Assembly: GCA_963528575.1 (NCBI GenBank) | Contig: CAURUS010000001.1 | Coordinates: 108,807-172,806 of the forward strand | DNA: 64,000 nt | Source: an uncultured Candidatus Saccharibacteria bacterium | GTDB lineage: Bacteria; Patescibacteriota; Saccharimonadia; Saccharimonadales; Saccharimonadaceae | Direction: 5' to 3' | Shown: one piece after another, positions 28,512-39,700 of the stretch | Numbering within the stretch: position 1 is the first letter of the stretch | How the letters are laid out: the number at the start of each line of letters is the position of its first letter | Notes under the pieces: model-generated | What the model was told of the DNA's origin: nothing | Database searches by the model: none | What the model saw: the letters and a program-made list of their open reading frames with translations, nothing else | Position numbers and translations under genes: made by a program

Positions 28512-29988
28512 ACTTAGTGATTTTTAGCGGTGATAAATCGATCGTTTCAACCTCTCGATAGCGACCTGACAGACTAGCTTTCATATCGCTATAGTAGACG
28601 TTATAAATATTTTTTGCGTGGGTAAATGTTTTTTTCGTGTCGACAACTTGGCGGCTGCTACCATCTAGCGGAGCATAACCGCCGCCAAGATGTTCGTCAC
28701 TGCTAGCAAAGTATATTTGGCAATTCGGTAGATAGTAGTCTAGCTCAATCGCCACATACGGATCGGCCGCTAACACCACATCGTTTTCGCTACATTTAAC
28801 CATAGAAGCAACGGAGTTAACGTTTGGCTTTTGCATACGCTGAAAGTTATAATTGCCAACCTGACTGAGGTTAGTTGCCCCGACCACCAGAACTACCAGC
28901 AGAACTAACGGTGAGGCTATTCGCCAAACTTCACGACTCTCGTGTTCGGTCGACAGCGCGAGACTAGCTCCCACGAGCATAACTAGGCCAATCGCAACGT
29001 GCGCCAAATAACGCTCGACATACATCGGTTTATACAGAGAAATCACCATCAATAATATTATCGGCACGCTAATATAACTAACTAATAACCACAAAATATC
29101 GTTTTTTTTCTTAATATGAAAAGTAATGACAATCGAGCGGACAGATACAAAAAATATCGCTAACACCAATACCGAAGCAATTACACCCAGTTGCCAAAGT
29201 GGTTGATAGACTGTATTAAATGAGATAACACCAGCTAACTGCTCGAGATTCATTGGCTGTCCAATTGGCGCGAGTGCGCCATTGCCAACCTGTTTCAAAA
29301 ATGATGATAGCCAAGGGAGAAACAACAACAAGCTAAACGCATATACCCCTATCCAACGACACTCTTTCCATGAAGACTTACGCAACCGACCAGCATCCAT
29401 CGCGACTAGCCAGGCTAGATGAGCCAGCCACAAAAGCGCCAAGTAGTATAGAGTGTACATGCCGAGCGCCACCAACGCTCCATAAATAAGCCAGTCAGTC
29501 CACCGCTTGCTAGAGTATGCCCGTACCAACATTGCCGTCGCCGCTACACCGATTAACGACGCCATAGCGTACATGCGAACTTCGAAACCGTAGCGCATTA
29601 ATAATGGCGCCAGAAGCAACATCGTTAATACATAAATGGCTGCTCGCGCATTAAAATGCTTTTTAATAAAACAACCAGCTACCGCAATTGAGGCTCCATA
29701 AAAGATCACGCTTAGCGAGCGCAATGCCAGTTCGCTCCAGCCAAAAACATTCGCCCAAATTTTCAGAACGAGATAATACAGCGGCGGATGAGTATCAAGT
29801 GCCGACAGCCGAATAATCTCGCTGGCAGACCGCTTGGCTACCATTATCGAATATGCTTCATCAAACCAAACGCTCTGCCGCAAGCCAATCCATAAACTAA
29901 GAGCTGCCGCTACTACTGGCACAACAATTATCAGCCACCTATAAACCTTGTCATAGTCATTACTATGCTTCCAAAATAATATTTTCAT
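28498..29988 (-). CDS. GT39/ArnT-like (PMT_2) membrane glycosyltransferase
   Basis: WFDEAYS...LDTHPPLYYLVLKIW motif, more than 10 TM, soluble C-terminal domain. Confidence 0.72.
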   Translation of the reverse strand: MKILFWKHSNDYDKVYRWLIIVVPVVAAALSLWIGLRQSVWFDEAYSIMVAKRSASEIIRLSALDTHPPLYYLVLKIWANVFGWSELALRSLSVIFYGASIAVAGCFIKKHFNARAAIYVLTMLLLAPLLMRYGFEVRMYAMASLIGVAATAMLVRAYSSKRWTDWLIYGALVALGMYTLYYLALLWLAHLAWLVAMDAGRLRKSSWKECRWIGVYAFSLLLFLPWLSSFLKQVGNGALAPIGQPMNLEQLAGVISFNTVYQPLWQLGVIASVLVLAIFFVSVRSIVITFHIKKKNDILWLLVSYISVPIILLMVISLYKPMYVERYLAHVAIGLVMLVGASLALSTEHESREVWRIASPLVLLVVLVVGATNLSQVGNYNFQRMQKPNVNSVASMVKCSENDVVLAADPYVAIELDYYLPNCQIYFASSDEHLGGGYAPLDGSSRQVVDTKKTFTHAKNIYNVYYSDMKASLSGRYREVETIDLSPLKITKFSAE

Positions 29989-30052
29989 GCTTTGATTATA
30001 TTACGACTAGGAAAAACTCGCAAAATAATATATAATAGCTTTGCACATCTAT

Positions 30053-30128
30053 CGGGGTGTGGCGCAGTTGATAGCGCGCGCGGTTTGGGACCGTGAGGTC
30101 GAAGGTTTGAGTCCTTTCACCCCGACCA
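30053..30128 (+). tRNA. tRNA-Pro (anticodon TGG), CCA encoded
   Basis: CGGGGTG/CACCCCG acceptor (C1-G72), loop TTTGGGA. TATAAT at 30031-30036. Confidence 0.9.
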
Positions 30129-30139
30129 TTTGAATTATG

Positions 30140-30165
30140 AACCTGCCGACGAGCGGCAGGTTTTG
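30140..30165 (+). terminator. Intrinsic terminator after tRNA-Pro
   Basis: AACCTGCCG-acgag-CGGCAGGTT followed by TTTG. Confidence 0.55.
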
Positions 30166-30213
30166 CTATTGTCCTATTTTGCCCTCCCATACTCCTCATG
30201 CTATCATAACTAT

Positions 30214-30816
30214 ATGAAAAGCAAACAACACTCGCGCCGCCGCATAGTCGTTAATATTTTTGGCACATTAGGGTATTTGTCAGTATTTTTGCAGTGGACG
30301 TGGACGGCAATTATATTACTATATCCGTTATTCCAATCAGAAGCTGTACAAAAGATTTTTCTACCAGAACGCCAAGCGCCTCGACCCGTCGTGAGCCACT
30401 CTGGATGCTATAGCGACGCCGCCCCCTTCATTGCCATTGTCTCTATTGCCATTACAGCTGCAATTATTGTTATGTCAATAATCACGCTAATAGGATTGCC
30501 AAAGAAAATCGGCAAGACTGGCGCTAAAATCACGCATTCGGCAGCCAACGTGATAGCCGCCAATACCCGCCCGCCAAAACAACAACCAGCAAAAAAATGG
30601 AAATTAAACTTGTCGTACAAACTGATAATTTGCATTAAATTAATATTGACGGTTCTGCCAGTCATTCTATTACTCTTTGCACCGACAATTCCTAAACTAC
30701 CGCACCAAGTTATGACTATCGTCGGTAATTTCTGCTTAGTGGTATCAGCTGTTTATTGGCTTATCCAATATGCCTTAGCCAAAATCCTACGCGTGCCGCA
30801 TAAAGAAATTTGGTAA
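30214..30816 (+). CDS. Hypothetical polytopic membrane protein (200 aa)
   Basis: MKSKQHSRRRIVVNIFGTLGYLSVFLQWTW.... ATG lies 6 nt after TGcTATCAT. The track ORF start overlaps the tRNA/terminator. Confidence 0.5.
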   Translation: MKSKQHSRRRIVVNIFGTLGYLSVFLQWTWTAIILLYPLFQSEAVQKIFLPERQAPRPVVSHSGCYSDAAPFIAIVSIAITAAIIVMSIITLIGLPKKIGKTGAKITHSAANVIAANTRPPKQQPAKKWKLNLSYKLIICIKLILTVLPVILLLFAPTIPKLPHQVMTIVGNFCLVVSAVYWLIQYALAKILRVPHKEIW

Positions 30817-30817
30817 T

Positions 30818-31471
30818 TCAAGCCTTCGGCGGGATGATGTCTATGGTGCGCGTTTGCTTATCTAGCGGCAATTGATGACCAGCATCAAACTTATAGACGA
30901 GCAGTGTACCGAACGGCATTTCCACTTTGCCAATCTCTTCATCAGGAATCTGGTCGAGATACTTCATCAGCGCGCGAATAGTGTTACCGTGCGAAACAAG
31001 CAGGATATTTTCGCCTATTTGCAGCCGCGGCAAGATTTCGCTCTGAAAATATGGAATTGCCCGCGCATAAACATCTTTGAGTGTCTCGCCACCTGGTACT
31101 GGATAATCCCAGCCGCGGCGAATTCCCTGAAATGCCTCACTGCCAATCTCGTCTTTGACTTCCCATTTGTTTTTGCCGGTTAAGTCGCCGTAATCGCGCT
31201 CGTTAAGCGGCTTGGCGATAATCCGTTCGAGATCCGCCTGGTCGCCCTTGCCGCGCAGAATTCCATCGCAAGTCTGCTGCGTACGTTTGAGCTCGCTAGT
31301 ATAAGCGGCATCAAATTGAATATCGCGAATAATTTCACCAAGCTGCTCGGCTTCGCGCATGCCTTTTTCTGTCAAATTGACATCTGTCCAGCCAGTCCAC
31401 TTACCTAATAAATTCCACTCGCTTTCTGCGTGGCGGCTAATAACTAAAATTCCCTGTTTTTGCACTTCCAT
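30818..31471 (-). CDS. gpmA: 2,3-bisphosphoglycerate-dependent phosphoglycerate mutase
   Basis: LVISRHAESEWNLLGKWTGWTDVNLTEKG (RHGE-type motif), ...LLVSHGNTIRAL. Confidence 0.9.
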   Translation of the reverse strand: MEVQKQGILVISRHAESEWNLLGKWTGWTDVNLTEKGMREAEQLGEIIRDIQFDAAYTSELKRTQQTCDGILRGKGDQADLERIIAKPLNERDYGDLTGKNKWEVKDEIGSEAFQGIRRGWDYPVPGGETLKDVYARAIPYFQSEILPRLQIGENILLVSHGNTIRALMKYLDQIPDEEIGKVEMPFGTLLVYKFDAGHQLPLDKQTRTIDIIPPKA

Positions 31472-31566
31472 AAATTCATTATACCGCGAAAATCAAGTTG
31501 CCTGAATATTTTATCCGTGAGATTTCAAACAGTCTAGTCTTCTGCATTAAATGCTATAATATAACT

Positions 31567-32847
31567 ATGAACGATTTCACAATTCAATCAATCAAAGCAA
31601 GACAAATCCTCGACAGCCGCGGCAACCCAACCGTTGAAGCAGACGTTATTTTAAGTAACGGCACGCTTGGCCGTGCTGCCGTACCGAGCGGTGCTAGCAC
31701 TGGCTCGGCTGAAGCGCTTGAATTGCGCGATGGCGGCATTGACTGGTCGGGCAAAGCGGTTTACCAGGCAGTCCGTAATGTTAACAAAGTCATTGCACCA
31801 GCGCTAGCCGGACACGATGCCAGCGACCAAGCTGCTCTCGACCAGATAATGCTCGATTTAGACGGCACCGATAATAAATCCAAACTCGGCGCTAACGCCA
31901 TTCTCAGCGTCAGCCTAGCCGCCGCTAAGGCCGCCGCTAGCGCTAAAAACCAGCCGCCGTGGCGCTACGTCGCAGAAATGACCGACAGCACACCTGTCCT
32001 GCCATTACCAATGATGAACGTGCTCAATGGCGGCGCTCACGCAGCTTTCGCTACCGATATTCAAGAGTTTATGATCATTTGTAAAGGTGCGCAGACTTTT
32101 GCAGACACACTCAAAATGGGCACCGAGATCTTTCATGCGCTAGCCAAAGTGCTAAAAAATTATGATTATCCAACTACTGTCGGCGATGAAGGCGGCTACG
32201 CACCGCGCGTCCGCAACGGCAACCGCGAAGCGCTGGCCTTATTGTCCGAAGCTATTCAAAACGCTGGCTACGAACTCGGCCGCGACGTTGTCTTTGCAAT
32301 GGATGCTGCGTCAAGCGAATTCTATCAAGAAGGACGCTACGAGCTTAAATGCGAAGGCAAGTCGCTAGCAAGCAGCGAAATGGTTGATTGGCTAGAAGCC
32401 TTGACAAATGAATTTCCAATTGTCTCAATCGAGGATGGTCTAGCCGAAAATGATTGGGATGGCTGGAAGCTGCTGCGCGAACGGCTCGGCGACCGCATCC
32501 AGCTAGTCGGCGACGATTTGCTTGTCACGAACACCTCGCTGATTGAACGGGCTATCGCTGAACAAACTGCCAACGCGCTGCTAGTTAAACCAAATCAAAT
32601 TGGCTCGCTGACCGAGACTATTCAAGCTGTTAAAATGGCGCAAAATGCTGGCTGGCGCACCGTCATGAGCCATCGCTCTGGCGAAACCGAAGACACGACA
32701 ATCAGCCACTTGGCCGTTGGCCTGGGTTGCGGCCAGATTAAAACTGGATCGCTATCGCGAACCGATCGTGTCGCTAAATATAACGAGTTATTACGTATCG
32801 CCGAAGCTGACCAATCATTGACGCTAGCGCAGCCATTTAGCGAATAA
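31567..32847 (+). CDS. eno: Enolase
   Basis: [27 protein letters not shown]...[12 protein letters not shown].... ATG lies 6 nt after TGcTATAAT (31552-31560). Confidence 0.95.
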   Translation: MNDFTIQSIKARQILDSRGNPTVEADVILSNGTLGRAAVPSGASTGSAEALELRDGGIDWSGKAVYQAVRNVNKVIAPALAGHDASDQAALDQIMLDLDGTDNKSKLGANAILSVSLAAAKAAASAKNQPPWRYVAEMTDSTPVLPLPMMNVLNGGAHAAFATDIQEFMIICKGAQTFADTLKMGTEIFHALAKVLKNYDYPTTVGDEGGYAPRVRNGNREALALLSEAIQNAGYELGRDVVFAMDAASSEFYQEGRYELKCEGKSLASSEMVDWLEALTNEFPIVSIEDGLAENDWDGWKLLRERLGDRIQLVGDDLLVTNTSLIERAIAEQTANALLVKPNQIGSLTETIQAVKMAQNAGWRTVMSHRSGETEDTTISHLAVGLGCGQIKTGSLSRTDRVAKYNELLRIAEADQSLTLAQPFSE

Positions 32848-32882
32848 ATAAAACTGTAGGTTTTACTTCTAACAAAGCGAAA

Positions 32883-32913
32883 AACGCCTCTTCTTTGTCA
32901 AGAGGTGTTTTTC
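32883..32913 (+). terminator. Intrinsic terminator after eno
   Basis: AACGCCTCTT-ctttgtc-AAGAGGTGTT followed by TTTC. Confidence 0.6.
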
Positions 32914-32966
32914 ATATCAAACTAATTATGTTATACTACTAACGAATAATCGTTTTAGGAGGTTAG

Positions 32967-33557
32967 TTGCTCTCGATCAAACAAAAAAAGCACCGCCGTC
33001 CATATGCTATTTTTGCAGTGGCGATATGCCTGATTAGCACTGGCGTGTATTTTATGATGCTGACCTTATCGCCGTCGGTAGCGCCTCTGATTTTTACCAA
33101 GCCGATTGATGCTAAATCGCTGCCAAAAGCCAAAATCGGCGAGAACCGTATTGTTATACCGCGCATCGGCGTCAATATTCACTACGACAAAGGCCGCACC
33201 GCACTCGATCGCGGTGCTGAATGGCGACAGCCAAACCATGGCAACCCCAAAGATGGCGGTAATTTCATTATTGCTGCCCACCGCTTCAGTATCCAGCCAA
33301 CACCGCAGGGTACTGTTGAGAAATCGCCTTTTTATAACATTGATAAGATGAAACTAGGCGATAACATTGTAGTCGATTACGAAGGTGCTCGCTATGCTTA
33401 CGAAATCACTAAAATATTTGATGTCAAACCAGACCAGACTGAAATCGAAGCTCCATCCCAAGAAGCAAAGCTGACTCTATACAGTTGTGAACTTGGTGGC
33501 TCTGATGCCGGACGTATCGTCATCACAGGCAAACTGCTCGGTCAAGTCGAACAATAA
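32967..33557 (+). CDS. Sortase (transpeptidase), N-terminal TM anchor; class-E-like by inferred substrate motif
   Basis: Catalytic triad context IIAAHR, TLYSCE (TLxTC), GRIVITG. TTG start 4 nt after AGGAGG. Confidence 0.85.
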   Translation: MLSIKQKKHRRPYAIFAVAICLISTGVYFMMLTLSPSVAPLIFTKPIDAKSLPKAKIGENRIVIPRIGVNIHYDKGRTALDRGAEWRQPNHGNPKDGGNFIIAAHRFSIQPTPQGTVEKSPFYNIDKMKLGDNIVVDYEGARYAYEITKIFDVKPDQTEIEAPSQEAKLTLYSCELGGSDAGRIVITGKLLGQVEQ

Positions 33558-33593
33558 AATACTCTACCAGTTATCATACGGTAGAGTATTTTG
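33557..33593. terminator. Bidirectional terminator between sortase and rny
   Basis: aaatactctacc-agttatcatac-ggtagagtattt. Confidence 0.6.
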
Positions 33594-33623
33594 ATTATAA
33601 ATTACAGGCAGATAAAAAGGTAG

Positions 33624-35114
33624 TTATTTGGCGAACTCAACCGCGCGAGTTTCACGGATAACATTTACCTTGATAGTTCCAGGATACTGCATAGTTGACT
33701 CAATCTTAGTCGCAATATCACGCGCCAGCTTGATAGCGCTAAGGTCATCGATTTTCTCTGGCGTGACAATCACGCGAATCTCGCGGCCGGCGCTTATGGC
33801 GTATGCTTTCTCGATTCCTTGGAAACCAGTCGCAACATTTTCGAGATCACGCATGCGCTCAGCGAAATTCTCAGCAGAGATATTACGCGCACCCGGCCGA
33901 GCAGCACTGATTGCATCGCAAATACGAACGACGATGGCCTCTGGCGTAGTCGCTTCAATGTCGTCGTGATGAGCCTCAATCGCATGACAGATACCCTCGC
34001 TCAGGCCAGCTTTGCGAGCCAGCTCGGCACCGATATGGTGATGTTTGCCTTCAATTTTGTGGGTAACCGCCTTGCCCATATCGTGCAGCAGCGTCGCTAT
34101 TTTGGAGGTGCGGACATCAGCGCCAATCTCGCTAGCAATCATACCGGCCATATGCGCCATTTCGGTCGAATGCTTAAGAACATTTTGACCATAGCTAGTT
34201 CGAAATTTCAGCTCGCCAAGTAGCTTTAACAAATCGCGCGGGATACCGGTAACGCCAACTTCGCGCGCCGCATCTTCGCCAGCACGCTGGGTTTCCCTGT
34301 CGATTTGCTTTTCAGCTTTCGCAAAGACTTCTTCGATACGCCCTGGGTGAATACGACCGTCTTTCATAAGCATCTCGAGACCGAGACGCGCTACCTGGCG
34401 GCGAATTGGGTCAAAGCTCGATAAAACTACCATGCCTGGCGTGTCATCAACCAAAAAGTCCACGCCAGTAACGCGCTGCATCGCTTGAATATTACGGCCT
34501 TCTTTGCCGATAATTCGACCTTTCATGTCGTCGTCTGGCAGTTTAACTGCAGTGACCGTGCGCTCAGCAGTCACCTCGCTAGCCATGCGTTCCATCGTTT
34601 CGACGAGGATAGTTTGCGCCCGCTCCTCGGCGTCAGCTTCGACGTCTTGCTGCATTTTGGCAACCAGATTTAGTAGATCACCTTTGATGTCGCGTTCAGT
34701 CATCTTCATCAGCTTGTCAGCAGCGTCTTTTTTCTTGAGACCAGCAATTTTCTCAAGCTTTTCCTGCTGACGCGTACGAATGTCACGGATCTCATTCTTC
34801 AATTCTTCAACTTCGTCTTCTTGCTTGCGTAATTTTTCACTGCGTTTATCAAGCTGGTCAAGCTTTTTGTCAAGCGACTCCTCGCGGTCCGCCAGACGAT
34901 TCTCGGTTTTTTGAAGCTCTTTGCGGCGCTCTTTCTCGATTCGCAGCGCTTCATCTTTAGCTTTGAGTACGATATCGCTAGCTTTGCGCTCAGCTTGCGC
35001 TATGACCTGTTCAGCCGTATTTTTGCTCTTGATCTCTTGTTGGCGATCATATACCACTTTACCGCCCACGCCAGCAATAATACCAACAATCGCGGCAATA
35101 ATTCCCTCAACCAT
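33624..35114 (-). CDS. rny: Ribonuclease Y
   Basis: N-terminal TM, coiled coil, KH (GRIIGKEGRNI) and HD (LLHDMGKA...HH) domains. Confidence 0.92.
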   Translation of the reverse strand: MVEGIIAAIVGIIAGVGGKVVYDRQQEIKSKNTAEQVIAQAERKASDIVLKAKDEALRIEKERRKELQKTENRLADREESLDKKLDQLDKRSEKLRKQEDEVEELKNEIRDIRTRQQEKLEKIAGLKKKDAADKLMKMTERDIKGDLLNLVAKMQQDVEADAEERAQTILVETMERMASEVTAERTVTAVKLPDDDMKGRIIGKEGRNIQAMQRVTGVDFLVDDTPGMVVLSSFDPIRRQVARLGLEMLMKDGRIHPGRIEEVFAKAEKQIDRETQRAGEDAAREVGVTGIPRDLLKLLGELKFRTSYGQNVLKHSTEMAHMAGMIASEIGADVRTSKIATLLHDMGKAVTHKIEGKHHHIGAELARKAGLSEGICHAIEAHHDDIEATTPEAIVVRICDAISAARPGARNISAENFAERMRDLENVATGFQGIEKAYAISAGREIRVIVTPEKIDDLSAIKLARDIATKIESTMQYPGTIKVNVIRETRAVEFAK

Positions 35115-35244
35115 ATTTTTCCTTTCTTTCGCGGTAATTAGTCAACGCATCAAGTCAAAAAACCGCAAAATTATCAAAATTAAACTTATCAATGTCACAT
35201 TCGTAGACATTACCATTGTACCGCGTTTATAACAAAATAAGCAA

Positions 35245-35631
35245 CTATTTACGCGGTTTGGTGACGCGAGCCTCAGCGCCATATTCTGGCAAAACTATTT
35301 CATCATTGCGGCCATTCTGCAACCGCTCCAAGCACTCTTCACGCCAAGCATCGCCGGTAACTCCGACGATCGGAATACGTTGTTCGTGCGCTATCGTATT
35401 CAACACTGCCAGACCAATCCTCAAACCAGTGAAACTCCCTGGACCGCGAAATACGCCAATGCCCGAGATATCAGCAAAACTGGCCCCATTCTCTGCTAAG
35501 CGGTCGCGCAAATAAGCTAGCATGTCGCGCGCGAGATTGCGTTCAGCCGCCCATTCGTAGTCGGTTCGTTTGTCACCATCAACCAACGTTAATTGAACAG
35601 TCATTTCAGCGCTATTCCACAATACAATCAT
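35245..35631 (-). CDS. tsaB: t6A biosynthesis protein TsaB, short form (128 aa)
   Basis: GIGVFRGPGSFTGLRIGLAVLNTIA. ATGA overlap with tsaE. Confidence 0.8.
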   Translation of the reverse strand: MIVLWNSAEMTVQLTLVDGDKRTDYEWAAERNLARDMLAYLRDRLAENGASFADISGIGVFRGPGSFTGLRIGLAVLNTIAHEQRIPIVGVTGDAWREECLERLQNGRNDEIVLPEYGAEARVTKPRK

Positions 35632-36104
35632 CGCATTTTCTCCACAATTCGATAAGATTTTTCACCGCTGCTCTTCAAAGTTAGCTTACGACTATCATCA
35701 GGCTGCACCTGGATGACGATCTGTAATACGTCCGTTGGCAGTACGTTATTTACTACATCGCTCCACTCAATCACAGTAATTGTATGCGAATCGTGAATCG
35801 CTTCATCAAGTTCCATTTTCATAATACCAGCATCTGGTAAGCGATAAAAATCATAATGAGCCAACCGCAAGCCGTCCGCAGCCTCGTAATTGCGGCTAAT
35901 CGTAAACGTCGGACTCTGAACCTCGTCGTCAATCTGCAAGCCGCGCGCCAATCCCTTGGTCAGTGTAGTTTTGCCAGCGCCAATATCGCCGACAAGCTCG
36001 AGCGTCTCGCCGCCATGTAATAAGCCGCCAAGCTTCGCGCCAAACTGTATCAAATCATCCGCCGTCTGCAAGCTCACCTCTAATATCATATATTTATTAT
36101 ACAA
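35628..36104 (-). CDS. tsaE: t6A biosynthesis ATPase TsaE
   Basis: LVGDIGAGKTTLTKGLARGL, SPTFTI, HYDFYRL motifs. Confidence 0.85.
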   Translation of the reverse strand: MYNKYMILEVSLQTADDLIQFGAKLGGLLHGGETLELVGDIGAGKTTLTKGLARGLQIDDEVQSPTFTISRNYEAADGLRLAHYDFYRLPDAGIMKMELDEAIHDSHTITVIEWSDVVNNVLPTDVLQIVIQVQPDDSRKLTLKSSGEKSYRIVEKMR

Positions 36105-36140
36105 TATCGGACAGGGTTACTGTGTTAAAATACGTTTATT

Positions 36141-36638
36141 ATGAGTAATTTCTTTTGTAAATACCAATCGCCGCTGGACGAAATTACCATAGCAAGCAAC
36201 GGCAGCGCTATCACTGGCCTGTGGTTCGCTAAGCAAAAACATTTTGATGCTGAGCTAGGCGAGAATAACGCAAATTCTGATTTACCGATTTTCACTAAGG
36301 CAATGCGCTGGCTTGATGTGTATTTCGCTGGCAAAAATCCTGGAGAAATCCCGCCAATACAGCTTGATGGAACGCCTTTTCAGTTGGAGGTCTGGCGTAT
36401 CTTGCAAACCATACCGTACGGCGAGCGCACTACCTACGGAGAAATTGCTAAAAATATCGCCAAGAAACGCGGTATCGCCAAAATGTCGGCACGAGCCGTC
36501 GGCGGAGCAGTCGGACGCAATCCAATTTCAATTTTCGTACCGTGCCATCGGGTTGTCGGCAGTAATGGTAAACTGACGGGGTATGCTAGCGGAATCGAAA
36601 AGAAAATTAAATTGTTGAAGCTAGAAAATATACTTTAA
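36141..36638 (+). CDS. ogt: Methylated-DNA-protein-cysteine methyltransferase
   Basis: Active site VPCHRVVGSNGKLTGYASG. Confidence 0.9.
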   Translation: MSNFFCKYQSPLDEITIASNGSAITGLWFAKQKHFDAELGENNANSDLPIFTKAMRWLDVYFAGKNPGEIPPIQLDGTPFQLEVWRILQTIPYGERTTYGEIAKNIAKKRGIAKMSARAVGGAVGRNPISIFVPCHRVVGSNGKLTGYASGIEKKIKLLKLENIL

Positions 36639-36741
36639 TCTAAAAGAAAGACGCTACCTTTTCGGACTTTATACTTACTCATCAAACCTGACCAACAACG
36701 TCTCTGTGTATAGATTATTACCTCACTGTCAGAGTCGGGCC

Positions 36742-39700
36742 CTATTTCTTTGCAACTTTTTTCTGCTTATTCCTCTGTCCTTTGGCTACCACAACCACCA
36801 CTGCCGTGATAATCGATAGTCCGGCTAAAATAGCCAGCGCGTAGGCATAGCCTGACAGCAAGTAAATTAAGGCCAGCGTCACGCCGACAGCACCCCAGAT
36901 AGTAATCAGCCGCCTGCCGAGCGCCAAGCCGATGATAACCATCAGCGAATGCTCGACTAAGAACAATATCTTCATAACATTGTCCCCCGCTAGCGCCAGG
37001 ACAAGGGTCGATAAACTAAACACAGCGAGTGCCAGCACCAAGTGCGCAATGGTGTATACATGAGCATATCCTAGCCAGCGCCACGACATCACCGCCCCTG
37101 AAAGAATTGCTGCTGACCATAGATACGGCACCACTATGTCGTGAACAGGCGCAATTAGCATATGGATAGCAAATAAAATACCGCACAATATTAAAAGGAC
37201 GCCCGAGTCGAAATATGGAATATTCTTTTTCGGCATCCCCTCGGCTATTAGGGCGCTGCCGTTGACCGCCCACATTAGTGTTACTAGCAGTACCGCCTCG
37301 GTTGTGACGCTAGCTGGCATAGCCATCAGCAGTAAAAGTATCGACCAGCCAATGGCGCTCCAAAATGATGCATAATACCAATAAACTGATAATTTTCTAG
37401 TTCGTGCGACCACGGCGGCGCCATAAAACACCGCAAAGATAATCAGCGAAATAATCGACATAAACTCAAGTTTAATGCCGAGCCATTGTGCAGTTAAGTA
37501 GAATAATAACACCAAACTTGGATGTGCCATTGCTGCCATCAACCACCAATACCGCTTAGCATATACTGCCATATAAAGTGCCGCGACAGCTGCTAACCAG
37601 CCCAAAATTTTGAATGGTAATTCGTATGTCGTCGACAAATTTATCATCGGTAATATCACCGCTGGTACCGTAGCAGCCAATAGAGTCATATCGCTAGCGA
37701 TTGACGCTCGCTTATTCATCGCTAATGACCAATATACTATCCCGAAGCCAACGAGCGCCACCCAAGCAGTGATGGTGAAATTGTCGCTTAGCGGTACGCT
37801 CAACCAATGCAAGAATAACAGCACCAAAGTAATCGTCGCCAAGTATGCTCCGCCCATATAACCATCCTCACGCCGCCGATAAAACGCATAATACAGCAGC
37901 GCTACTAATGGCAGCCAAACCGCTGGATGAATAGACGAAAAGATGATCAGGCCAGCCGCGCCAATAGCAGAATATAACAACAATTCGCGGCACTTAACCG
38001 CCGCCTCTTTGCGGTAATTGTACAGCCACTCTACTAATAACAGCAACGACAAGCCGTTCAACCACGCCATCAAAATAGCAAGATTTTCGCCAGCCATCTT
38101 GAAATACAAAGCCATCAGCAGTGCCATCAGAAGTAGAGAAGTATGAATACCAATCACTAAGCCATAAACCTTCTCACGCCACGCAGCGATACCCATGATG
38201 ACAGCAGCAACCGCCACCGAATCTGACAGATACAGCAAACCTTCTCCTGCTGGATGAGCAGTCAAAAAAGCTAAGGCTATAAACACCGTCATTAACCACC
38301 AAGCGGTCGCCGCGCCGTACACTAGTATTGCTTGACTTTTCGTAATATTTGGACGTTTCAAAACTAATAATCGGCAGATAACCGGCAGAAAAGCCATAAG
38401 CATAAAGATAGAGTAATGTGTATGCAAGGTTGTTATGGGTTCGAGGCCAAATAGCCTGACGCCAGCTGGCACTAACAAAATTCCAGACATTACTACCATA
38501 CCGCCAAAACGAGCGCGGCGCAGCAATGAAAGCGCCATAAAACTCACTGCCGATATCATACTCAGCAGGATAAATATGATCATATCTCTTAGCGGGCTTT
38601 CGACGCCAGCTATGACCAAGAAAGCAGCCAGCGACACGACAAAACTAACCCACAGTACTATTTCGTGCTGCTTGTCGGGCTGCTTTTGGACATACGTCGA
38701 TCTGACAGACCAAACCATATTACCAAGTGCCACTACCCCAAGCGCTACACCCATAACCAGCCTGTCGTTATTCGATAAGTAAAGCGCAAAACTAGCAGTC
38801 ATCGCCATCAGCAGCACGCGCGCCGTCGTTAGTTCATACGTGCGCATATCCTTTGATTTTTCGACAATAGCCACAGTAAAATAATATATAACGCTAATGA
38901 GCAGCAGCATACTGACGTCAAGCGTTCCCATATGCACCGACGAACCGATAGCGAGAAGCAAAGTAGACGGGACGATAAATGGATTAACCAGCGTCAACGG
39001 CTCGGTGAATTGGCGTGGAAAACGACTAGAAAAATACGCAGCCAAGGTCATCAGGCATCCAAACAATAGCACCGCAGCATAATACCACACCAACTGAGCA
39101 TGCATGACAGCTGGCAAGCTGGTCGTCATCGTAAACATCGACAGCAGCGAAATATAGGCGAGCGGCTGGCTATTGAGCCTGACCGTAGCATCAACGCATA
39201 GGAAAGTACCGATGAAGGAGGTAACAAGCCAGCACAGCGCCGGATCAATCCCCAAAAGCAAATGCATGCTCCACCCGCCAATCGGCACAGCAGCCAGCGC
39301 CGTACCAATAAACGCCGTTGAGGCCGGCTTTAAGATTGGGAGGCGGGCATATAACACCTGGCCAGTGGCATAATAGACAAAAATAAACAGCCACACCAAA
39401 CCAAACCTGAGCTGCGCCGAAAGTTCAATCGTTTGTGCCAATAATAATATACCGGCGGTTAGCAATAATGATGCCGTATAGAGCGCCACATTGATGGTAG
39501 TTTGACGATTTTTCTCTTTATCTTTATTACTGGCTGGAGATAGCCACTTGACAATCTGCGTCTTTTCGTCAGGAGTATTTGTATCTTCTTCAATTGGCAC
39601 AGCATTAGTAGGCAATACTACATCAGGCTCGTTCGATTCGTTGCGAGTTACTACAAAACCAGCAAATTGTGAAGCTGCAGCCTGATTCTCGGTAATAAGT

